64,000 bases of DNA from Octopus sinensis (lineage: Eukaryota): positions 23,684,001-23,748,000 of the forward strand of contig NC_042997.1 in NCBI RefSeq assembly GCF_006345805.1. The letters run 5' to 3'. Positions 53,105-64,000 of this stretch are shown here, piece after piece; position 1 is the stretch's first letter, and every line of letters starts with the position of its first letter. The translations under genes and the position numbers were made by a program. The notes beneath the pieces were generated by a model. The model saw only the letters and a list, made by a program, of their open reading frames with translations, did not search any database and was not told where the DNA came from.

Positions 53105-54930
53105 AACATTTCCTACTAGTGGCCATTTACTCTGACCACCGCGTAAATGTCGCTGTACTCTGCAGCGACCTAAACTCTGAAGGCAGGATCGAAATTGCGT
53201 TTAGGACAGCCACCAAGTCTAGTGGCTCACTCTTTCGAAAGCCTTGGATTGATATAAATTAACCAGAGCCTCACCCACGCCAGGTCATTCACCTACCCTT
53301 TCTCTGACCACCGCGTAAATGTCACTGTACTCTGCAGTGACCTAAACTCTGAAGGCAGGATTGAAATTGCGTTTAGGACAGCCACCAAGTATAGTGGCTC
53401 ACTCTTTCGAAAGCCTTGGATTGATATAAATTAACCAGAGCCTCACCCACGCCAGGTCATTCACCTACCCTTTCTCTGACCACCGCGTAAATGTCACTGT
53501 ACTCTGCAGTGACCTAAACTCTGAAGGCAGGATCGAAATTGCGTTTAGGACAGCCACCAAGTATAGTGGCTCACTCTTTCGAAAGCCTTGGATTGATATA
53601 AATTAACCAGAGCCTCACCCACGCCAGGTCATTCACCTACCCTTTCTCTGACCACCGCGTAAATGTCACTGTACTCTGCAGTGACCTAAACTCTGAAGGC
53701 AGGATTGAAATTGCGTTTAGGACAGCCACCAAGTATAGTAGCTCACTCTTTCGAAAGCCTTGGATTGATATAAATTAACCAGAGCCTCACCCACGCCAGG
53801 TCATTCACCTACCCTTTCTATGTGGTGGCGGTTGTCATAGAAAGATCTGCTTAGGAAGACACATCTGCACATCACCGATAAGATCATCACTAACAAACGC
53901 CAACTCCTTGGATAAAATCTCGGCCAAAATCTTTAAAAAATTTAGCAAAGTTATGAGCCTAAAAATTATCGAAGTCTTACTTTTGTTCGAGTTCTTTCTC
54001 AACAACGCACTATACTTCATTACTGAAGGACTGAGAATTCTCCCGTTCTACTGCCAGCTGCACTTGACATCTGCCAAAAGGCCTTCGAGCCGGTCTTGCA
54101 TATGAAAATGAAGTTCTTAGGGCAACACCAGCGACTTTTTTCTGATGCAGCTAGCCATCGCTTCCCGTATTTCATCAGCTATTATTCGGCAGAACTGCTC
54201 ATCGCTATTCGAGAACCGCTGCAGGCCGTCGAGGTATGCAGCAAAATCCATCCCTTTCTCCGGTTTACCATCCTCCCAAACTGTTGAGCGAAATGCCACT
54301 GAAAAACCGTACATACCTGCTTGGAATTGAGCAGCACTCGCTCTTCTGATTCGTCGAAGATCGACGCTGCGCCTCTGCCACCAGAGATCCTCGAACAGCT
54401 CCCGTTCCCCATTTTTTAGAGCACGTGCCCTAGCTGTAACAACGCAACCTTTGTGCTTAACGTTGAAGAATGGGTCAGGATCCAATTTCACTGCCAACAA
54501 GTGAGTCGCAATGCTTTTTCTAAGCGCCTCTTCAAGATTACAAACTAGCTTACCTTCAACTCTAGAATTCATTTATTTTCTTACTAAATCCTATCGAATC
54601 CAATCTAATAACCCTTTTCATGATTAACCGGCATCGGTTGCTGACCCCGTCTATTTCACTTACTAGTTTTCTTATCCAGTCTACATGAACTTGCCTGCCC
54701 AAGAGCTTCTCCATGTAAGCTATCTAAGTCAACCGTACAAATCAAAAATTTGTGGTCTGTGTAGCTGACAATTTGAATTATGAATAATGTATGTGATCCT
54801 TTTCTGATACAGTACAGAATACTGCGTAGACACGATCTGAATGATCCGGTGCTGGTTGCCCATGCCCATTTTGGTGCAGCGGGAAATCCAGTTGGCAGTT
54901 GGTACCTATCAAACAGTTGGAAACTACTGA
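52620..54930 (-). mobile_element. Degraded Tx1/L1-clade LINE ORF2 (EN C-terminus, linker, RT)
   Basis: In order on the minus strand: DRY.LDFP, YTDHKFL, RARARAL..GE, EIREAMASC..KS, FRLITLLNFLKILAEILSK, QSKAFERVSH, VVRVNGH, VLAYRDDV. Confidence 0.85.
53130..53817. repeat. 4 x 172-bp tandem repeat derived from the LINE RT
   Basis: Units start at 53130, 53302, 53474 and 53646; the minus strand encodes ALVNLYQSKAFERVSH. Confidence 0.95.
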
Positions 54931-55344
54931 AAAGGTTTGCGAGGCAATGATGATGATGATGATGATGGTGATGGTGATAGTGATTATGTAAGAGGGAAAA
55001 GATATATTTATTGAAAATTTTGTCTCTATAATTGTTCCAACCGCTTCGTCAGAAACTAAAAAAAAAAAATATAAAATCCATCACGGAAAGTCCGTCGTTG
55101 AAGAATATTCTTTGCTAACATATTTTCCGACTGTTATTTTCTTTTTGTCTCCCGACGAAGAGGCATTGTATTTTGAATAAATATGCGTTCACCTCCTGCA
55201 TAACCTGTATTTATACTGCATGGATATTGCAGACATTGCATCTAAATCGGGATTACGTGTATGTGACACGAACGCCTCCCCAAGGTGCATATTTTTGGAA
55301 TGCAATAGATCACATTGTGCTGTAATAATTACATCTTGTTCTTA

Positions 55345-55353
55345 TAGGCATAT

Positions 55354-55416
<63 letters not shown>

Positions 55417-55417
55417 G

Positions 55418-55488
<71 letters not shown>

Positions 55489-55489
55489 G

Positions 55490-55554
<65 letters not shown>

Positions 55555-55645
55555 ATGAGAAATTTCTTTCTGGCTCGAACAGAGAGAAAGAGAGAGAGAG
55601 AGAGGAGGAGAGAGAGGAGGAGAGAGAGGAAGAGAAAGAGAGAGT

Positions 55646-55725
<80 letters not shown>
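55345..55725. repeat. (TATC)n and (GA)n microsatellites
   Basis: Direct inspection. Confidence 0.95.
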
Positions 55726-55727
<2 letters not shown>

Positions 55728-56171
55728 CACGCTAGCCCACGCTCACTACATACCTTTTAAGGCACGTAATATACTTTAATTTATACTGCTGACTTCACGC
55801 TAGTACAATTATTTTAACCTCTAAATGTTATTTTTTAATATTTTTAATACACTATCATCGTTTCCTTCGTCCTTTCTTCCTCCCTTTCTTTCTTTCCTTC
55901 TTCCTTCCTTCCTTTCTTTCTTTCTTCCTTCCTTCCTTCCTTTCTTTCTTTCTTTCTTTCTTTCTCATGTGCGCTCCTCTTCTCTTTACTTTTTTTTTTC
56001 TCTCTCCTTCTATCATATATCTGTAGTTCTTTCAGCCAGATGCAAACCTGTGAATGTTCACCTATCACACTTAATTGCAGGCATTAACAAATCAATTTAC
56101 ATAGGAACTGCTGAAAACCTCTTTGACGATGTTTAACATTTTTACTGACGTTTATAATTTCTTCCTTCAAG

Positions 56172-56202
<31 letters not shown>

Positions 56203-56804
56203 CTTGCGTTACTTAACGAGTTGTGCATCGTCTGTCTGTCAGTATGTCTGTCTATTTACCCATCTATTCATCTATTCACCCATCAACCTGTGAATGCATC
56301 TCTGTCTCCCTCTCTCCCTTTCTCCCCCTGTCTCTTTCTCGCTTTCCTCCATCTCATTCATTCACTCTCTCTCTCTCTCTCTCTTCTCTCTATATATATA
56401 TATATATACACTTGCGTCAGAAATTAATCAGCACTTCTCAAATTTCTACATTAAATAGGTTAAATCAATTAACCTTATGAGCTGTTCAAAACGTCTTACG
56501 CGATGAGAAAACTTAGTATGGTGTGATTTCGGTCCTTGCGAGGCGCTACCTATATCTATGAAACAAAGGAAGATTTGTCTGCATCCGCACTCCAAGTTGT
56601 TGCACTGCTATGTCAACATCATAAGGCTGTAGACTCTCAAACTGCTCTGCAAACAAAGTTACGTCATCGTTTTGCGCAACAGTGAACTCGCAACAAAGCA
56701 ATAGTTCGAGATATGGCCACTAGGTGACAGCACATACCTTGAATCAAGAGCAAATCAAGGGTGCTAATTAATTTCTGACGGTAGTGTATATATATATATA
56801 TTCA

Positions 56805-57026
56805 TATGTATGTTTTGTTTTATGTATGTATTCCTATGCATATAGTTGCATGTGTAGACATGCATATATATACTTAAGTGATAAACTTCTGGAAAGTCTT
56901 ACAGATTTTTACAGTTTGGTGATGGCTTGCTTGGATCTGTAGTCTTTGAATCAGCTTTCTCTTTTCTGGTGTTGAGAAGCTTAATTTCTCAATATCGATA
57001 TGTAGCCAGTGTGTTACAAATCCCAA
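56805..57026 (-). mobile_element. R4/Dong-like 3' end with 5' junction in (TACA)n
   Basis: LGFVTHWLHIDIEKLSFSTPEKRKLIQRLQIQ...TVKICKTFQKFIT*; homologous to 19021-19276. Confidence 0.85.
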
Positions 57027-57235
57027 TGTATGTATGTATGTATGTATGTATGTATGTATGTATGTATGTATGTATGTATGTATGTATGTATGTATGTATG
57101 TATGTATGTATGTATGTGTGTGCGTGTCTGTATGTATGTATGTATGTATGTATGTATGCATGCATGCATGTATGTATGTATGTATGTATGTATGTATGTA
57201 TGTATGTATGTATGTATGTATGCATGTATGTATAT

Positions 57236-57862
57236 GTGCAGATTTATATGTTTTGTTTTATGCAGGCATTCTCATGCATATAGATGCATGTCTAGACATG
57301 CCCATGATAAACTTCTGGAAAGTTTTACAGATTTTTACAGTTCCAATGATGGATTGGATTTGTAGTTTTCTGATTAACTTTCTCCTTTGTGGTTTTGAGA
57401 AGCCTAATTTCTCAATATTGGTATTTAGGCAGTACGTTACATATCCCAGGTCCCAATAATTACAGGTATAAACCTGAACTTGTAACCTGGATAAGTAACT
57501 GCAGATTTCTCAATAGATCAGCGTAGACATTCTCTTTTTCACTGATCTTCAGCTTTATGTTAACATCTGCTGGACCGCTAATTTTCACAACTGTGCACAC
57601 TTTCACTTCTCTAACCCAAATCATTATATCAGGTTTGTTGTGCATATATTTTATTGAGGTCTTCACTGGTACATTCCACCAGTACTCCTTTTTATTAAGA
57701 GTGGCTATGGCTTCTACTATATTGTGGGTTCTTATTTCTTTGTCTTCGGGATTATCCTTCTGACAGATTTCATTATAGAGTGTCCCAGCTACAACATCAT
57801 GTCTCATCGGTAGATAATACCGTGATGACACTTTCGGACAACAGCTTATGATGTAGGTGATA
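57236..57862 (-). mobile_element. R4/Dong-like zinc knuckle plus REL endonuclease fragment in (TACA)n
   Basis: IISCCPKVSSRYYLPMRHDVVA...WWNVPVKTS...HNKPDIMIW...SGPADVNIKLKISEKE (ORF 57460-57942). Confidence 0.9.
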
Positions 57863-58595
57863 TGTATGTATTTATATATGTATATATGTGTGTGTGTATT
57901 AAACTGTGGTTGCAGAACAAACAAATACAAGGTCATCCACATAACATTTCATATCTCGAACATTTATTCACATAATGCTTTTTCTTTCACATAGAATATA
58001 CATATATAACATCACGGAAGATGAAACACAACTCATCAGTACAAGCATATAAGAAAATACAAGAAAGTGCGTGAATACAGTTCATCTCGGTTAAAAGTTA
58101 ACGATTAATACTTTAGTGATTAAGAAATATATATATTTTTAAAAACATTACAACACCTAGAATGATAAATACATAAAAATATAAGAAATATATCAATATA
58201 TAGATATATAAAAAATACATATAAAAATATAGGAAGCATATAAATAAGTAATATATAGTATATAAAGTAAGATAAAAGTTAATCGTTTAGAAATTTTTTT
58301 CGATTAAAAATTACTTTTCAGATAAAGGAAACCTAAAGTTAAAAGCCAGTGTCCAAGCAAAAATGAAGAAACCATACTTACATTCCCTATGGCCATTTCA
58401 GGGGTACATTACTGTATTTAATGCACGAGGGTGCATCACAATAATTACTCATTCGTCAGGGGAAAAATAAAAAAAAGTCAAAAATTTCGTACCAGGGCGA
58501 GACCTCTAATCAAACCTCACACAATATGTGTGTGTGTATGTATATATGCATGTATTTACATACCATGTATATATATATATATATATATATCTATA

Positions 58596-58635
<40 letters not shown>

Positions 58636-58649
58636 CATACATACGTACA

Positions 58650-58696
<47 letters not shown>

Positions 58697-58702
<6 letters not shown>

Positions 58703-59170
58703 TACTGGGAGAAGAACAAGAAACGAAACGAAAGGGAACGAATCGAATCGAATCGACGCGAAGGCGCTCAGTCATACAATAGTGTAATCAATAAAATATA
58801 TGCATGCATACATACATATATGTACGTACCTACATCTACATGTATATATACATGCATATATAAATATATATACGTGAGTACAGGACACCACAAATAGACG
58901 CAGAACTCAACGAGAACGAAAACGTAAAAACAAGCATGGAACGAACCTTTTTTTACAAAAAAGAAACAGAGTACTAGACAAACTACACAGGAAAATCCCC
59001 TTCATCAGCTGCCACTAGTTCAACTCCAGCGTGTTTCGAAGGTGAGGACAGAACACGACTCGTCGAACTAGCCCTTCCTGCGACGAAATTAAAGGAAATT
59101 ACTTCGCAGAGGGGTAAAAACAAGGAAAGAACAAAATGTGACACAAACAGGACGTAAAAACGATACAAAT
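58697..59170 (-). mobile_element. (TA)n-embedded repeat, longer copy of 12701-13057
   Basis: Reverse complement match; extends about 110 bp further 5'. Confidence 0.7.
58997..59057 (-). ncRNA. Candidate hammerhead ribozyme, non-canonical strand order (copy 2)
   Basis: CGUGUUCUGUCCUCACCUUCGAAACACGCUGGAGUUGAACUAGUGGCAGCUGAUGAAGGGG; stem I GGCAG/CUGUC retained. Confidence 0.45.
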
Positions 59171-59254
59171 AAAATTACAAAATAAAATACAAAATAAAAA
59201 TACAATTACAAAAAATACAATACAAGAAATAGATATATATATATATAATATATA

Positions 59255-59322
<68 letters not shown>

Positions 59323-60141
59323 ACATTTACCGCCGTATAAGACAAACTTGCCTTTAAAATGTATCCAAAAATTGCTACGCGTCTAATGCAACCGTATTAT
59401 AGATGGGTGAGAGACCAATCTTCAGCAGTTTGGGAGCCAGATGAGTATAAGTTCGATTGGTACACTATGTGTTATTAAATAACACATTGAAAGAAGTATA
59501 TATTGCGAAGAAAGCCAAATTTCCACAGCCTATTGCATCGGCAGTTATGTGGGAAATGACATCATCTTATCCTTCCTCAGTATACATAACTCACGACTGT
59601 TATATATTTTACATTATTTAATGTCTATGTTACCTTTAAGAGGTATTTGTTTTCAATTATCTAAATGAAAACGTCTCCTAGAAATATGAAAAATATGATA
59701 AACTTACATCTGCCGGTCAGCTAATAGCACCAAATGGATAACAACAACAAAACCATAGCGATGTCACACCACTCTCATAGCGAAACGTGGTTACACAAAT
59801 CATCACAACCCAAAATACGAGTTTTACTTCTTGTATGGCAATTTTCTTGACCAAAATTTAAACGGTGATTTAGATGATTTTTAAAGTATTTAAAGTAGAA
59901 ATAGCTTCTTGTGTTTACGATAAACGTACGGGCTTCATCACATTCCAGTATACTGTGGGAATACAGTACTTACATGCTCGGAATCGTACATTTTTCGAAA
60001 TAAAACAACATTATCTTTCAATAATTGTATGTTGAAACATATTAAATTTGTTTTTATAAGTCTAAAGGTATGCTTGCAAAATAGGGGTGCATCTTATGCA
60101 GGAGTGCAAGGGAGTGTGTGTGTATGTGTGTGAAATATATG

Positions 60142-60232
<91 letters not shown>

Positions 60233-60507
60233 CAGGAAGGTTACGAAAATATATATAGTGTGTGTAAGAGAGAGAGAGAGAGAGAGAGGAGATCATGAGT
60301 GTTAAATATATAATATAATGACGTATATGTGTATATATGTATACATACACCCATTACACAAATACATATATGTATATATCAACAAAGAGAGAGAGGGGTG
60401 GCTATAAATATAATATGCATATAATATGATATATTTATATATAATAAACCGAAATATACACGTGTACAGAAACACACGCATATATACACATATATATACA
60501 TATACAT

Positions 60508-60540
<33 letters not shown>

Positions 60541-61149
60541 AATATACATATATATTACATAAATGGTATAAATTTGAAAGATCATGTCAGATACACACAC
60601 ACGTACCTATACGATATATAATGTATGTATGTTTGTATGTATATATGTGTGTGTATATATATGTGTATATATATATGTGTGTATATATATGTGTATGTAT
60701 ATATATATATGTATGTATATACATGAGACATTATCTATCAAATTTATAATAGGTTTGTTGGTTTATTCACTATAATACTTTTGTTATTTTCTTTTTTCCA
60801 TTATATTCTAGTTTCCTCAAAGTGTTCAACGATTTCCTTTCTTTTATTTTTGCTTTCGCTTTTCTTTTTGAAGAATTACGATTTTGATAATGATCAAGTC
60901 TGCTATTGAAACTTCGTAGAAAAAACAACAATATCAACCACAAAAACATTCCTGCTTCCCAAACAAAAACAAATGTTAATCAGAAGCAATGTTATCATCA
61001 GGGAAACACATTGGTGATATTTCGTTCTCTTTAAATTTCATTCATTTTCTCTTGTCAGCTTCATTCACTTTTTGTTACACCCGTTGCTTATACGCACGCA
61101 CACGTATGCTTTTGCATGTGTGTATATATATATATATATATATGTAGGT

Positions 61150-61480
61150 ACGTACGTATGTATGTATGTATGTATGTATGTATGTATGTATGTATGTATG
61201 TATGTATGTATGTATGTATGTATGTATGTATGTACGTATGTATGTATTTATGTATGTATGTACGTATGTATGTATGTATGTATGTATGTATGTATGTATG
61301 TATGTATGTGTGTATGTATGTACGTACGTACGTACGTATGTATGTATGTATGTATGTATGTATGTATGTATGTATGTATCTATGTATGTATGTATTTATG
61401 TATGTATGTATGTATGTATGTATGTATCTATGTATGTATGTATTTATGTATCTATGTATGTATGTATTTATGTATGTATG
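61150..61480. repeat. (TATG)n microsatellite
   Basis: Direct inspection. Confidence 0.95.
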
Positions 61481-61593
61481 TACGTATATGTGTGTGTATG
61501 CATGCATGTATATATATATATGTATATATATATATAATGAAGGACATAGATATGTCCATGTTCATATAGTTGCATAAATATTACGTACATATG

Positions 61594-61648
<55 letters not shown>

Positions 61649-62920
61649 ATATTATATATAATATAAATAATATAAAAATATATGCATATATACATACATA
61701 TATGTACATACCCCCGCCAAATATATATATATATTATATATATATATACGTACTGATGTATGTATACATATACATATCTTTATTTATATATGTATACACA
61801 TACACATATAGATATATGTAAAAAAATGGTATAATACAACCGTTAGCTCGATGCAGATATACGCTAACATATATATGCACACATACATACGCACACGCAC
61901 GCACGCACGCATTCACACACACATACACACATTCACAAACACATTTATACATACTATTTGTCTACACACATACGCGTATATAGATATAAGCAAAAAGTAT
62001 GAAAAAAAAGACAAAATACCCACCGCTGCCACTACCAACGCCACCAAAATCAAAAATGTCTATGATTTAATTAAGCCATGCATTCTGTAATTAATAGCAG
62101 TCTTGATCACGATTAAACGGCAGTTAATTATAAAAATTAATTAATATCTATATTGCTATACGAAAGTAGATATAGATTTGGAAACTTTCATTTAACCCTC
62201 ACTATAACCCAAATCTTTAAAACCTATGTAATTATTAATAATTTTCAGAGCCAATTTAATTTATGCGGTTAATACGAAGCGACGTGAACGTAACCTTCGT
62301 TTTGTTGATTCAATTTTTCACTCCATTAAGACAGCAGAGAATAAAGAATTATCCACTTCTTTTGAACAGATTAAAAGTCATCGATGAACTCAGCAATGAT
62401 AGATGTATATTTTACTTAATAAGCTGTGGATGTTATTATTGTTGTTTGTGGCCTTAGGTCAACTTTGATTGGGTAAATCTATGATCAAAAGCATTCAAGC
62501 TAGTCTATTTAAAAGTATCTAGGACTTCAATATGCAATGCGCCTTTCCTTGTTCTTATAACTGTTCAACCGCAAAGTGAGTTTAGAAACATCTGAGTCAT
62601 CAAACTTAGGATCGGAGCCAGTCCATCTGTGACCAACCCGTCTAAAATTCAGACTGAGTTTTGGGACTAAAAAACGGCGAATTCTTTACAACATCGGATA
62701 TGGTGTCTTGTGGTGGTTTGTAGGCTTTTTGCTCTAAGATTTCAAATTCTCACCGAGATTAGCTTTAACTATCATCCTTTGGGGACAATAAATAAACTAC
62801 CAACCAAGTACTAGGGTTGACTATCTTTTCCCTTACCTTCACTGTTATCGGCAACCATTTTATCATGGCAAACTGATACGATTATATGCCAGTTTGTATT
62901 AATCACTTTATATATTTTCA

Positions 62921-62951
<31 letters not shown>

Positions 62952-62978
62952 TGTTGTAAACATTATCGACCGCATATA

Positions 62979-63491
62979 CCGTAAATCCTCGAGTATAGTC
63001 CGCCCTTGAGTATAATACTCAGGGGATTTTCAGGGAGGGTATACCTCTGAAAAACCTAAACCTTGTGTATAATACGCTTCCCTTCTCTAACTTGAGTCAA
63101 GGAGGTCTATATAACGTCCTTGATTTGTAAAAATGTATACGGTAACGCCCTTTATTATTATTGCACATATAACATAATGCAAACGTGTAGCTTTTTTGTG
63201 CATTTTGTCTGCAGAAAATAAAGAAATAACAGTAATAACGTTTAATAAATGTTGCTTACTGCAAGTTATGGATGATTCTTTTGAGACTTCATTGCTTTCA
63301 GGCTTAGTTTAAGGTATTTTCGCGCCCGACATCACAAAATGCGTCTGAATAAACATTGCCGGACAGCAAATAGAGACTCGGACATTTCTGAGAAAATAAT
63401 TTTCATTTTTAACCTCATATATAGTACGCACTAGGGATTTTGACCTTTAAATTTTGGTAAAAAAATGCGGATTATACTCGAGGATTTATGG
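62979..63491. mobile_element. Tc2/pogo-type MITE
   Basis: TA|CCGTAAATCCTCGAGTATA...TATACTCGAGGATTTATGG|TA; homologous to 38819-39339. Confidence 0.85.
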
Positions 63492-64000
63492 TACTCAGTG
63501 TATGTGTTTTGCTTGTTCATCAGTTCGCTGCCGTACTCCGCCCTGGGGTCGATTCCCTCACAGCACTTGGTATTAAAGCATTTGAAAGTCATAGACGGGC
63601 GAGACAACTTGCCTCCAGTCCCATCCCGCCACATTTATAGTTTAGCAACATCGTGTGCCTGAATCAAGCCGGGGGTCGAACTGAATCGCCAGTCTATACA
63701 AATAGTGTAAGAAGCATTTTTCGTCATGTTAAAATCAATTATAAATTAAAAACAGCGCTTATAAATATCGGCATCGATCACTCCTTACGGGACTGGAGAC
63801 TTCTTTCAGGTGATTAAACGTCCAGTGCTATGAGGGAGTCCTCCCTAGACCGCTGTCTAGCAGTAAACCAGCGAACACGGAATACTCATACAACACTAGC
63901 GCTGCTTTTAATTCCTTTTTGAATTTAATCTTTTCCAAGTGAAAATTTACGTGAATATTACGCAAATTTTCATTTGGAACTTTTGTGTAAATTGGCTTTG

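Noticed and set aside
63560-63650. Possible gag zinc knuckle on the minus strand
   Set aside because: Reads NYKCGGMGLEASC; the first Cys and the His are missing and the spacing is wrong.

Overview
Repeat-dominated animal genomic DNA, most likely from an octopus (inferred from SINE types, microsatellite load and a divergent GC-rich 28S; not verified). I cannot support any intact host protein-coding gene, and nearly all ORFs in the supplied track are translations of microsatellites. The window contains: (i) dozens of tRNA-derived SINE copies from about four families; (ii) decayed non-LTR retrotransposons, namely R4/Dong-like REL elements in (TAA)n and a separate group always lodged in (TACA)n, plus Tx1/L1, RTE and Hero-like remnants; (iii) non-autonomous Helitrons, including a head-to-tail trimer; (iv) Tc1/mariner and pogo-type MITEs; (v) a SINE-derived ~200-bp satellite with a 1,203-bp higher-order repeat; (vi) a ~700-bp 28S rRNA fragment between 18-bp direct repeats. 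The most novel candidates are a two-copy (TA)n-embedded element carrying a complete hammerhead ribozyme core in non-canonical strand order, and the (TACA)n-associated R4-like retrotransposons. SINE and decayed-element boundaries are approximate.
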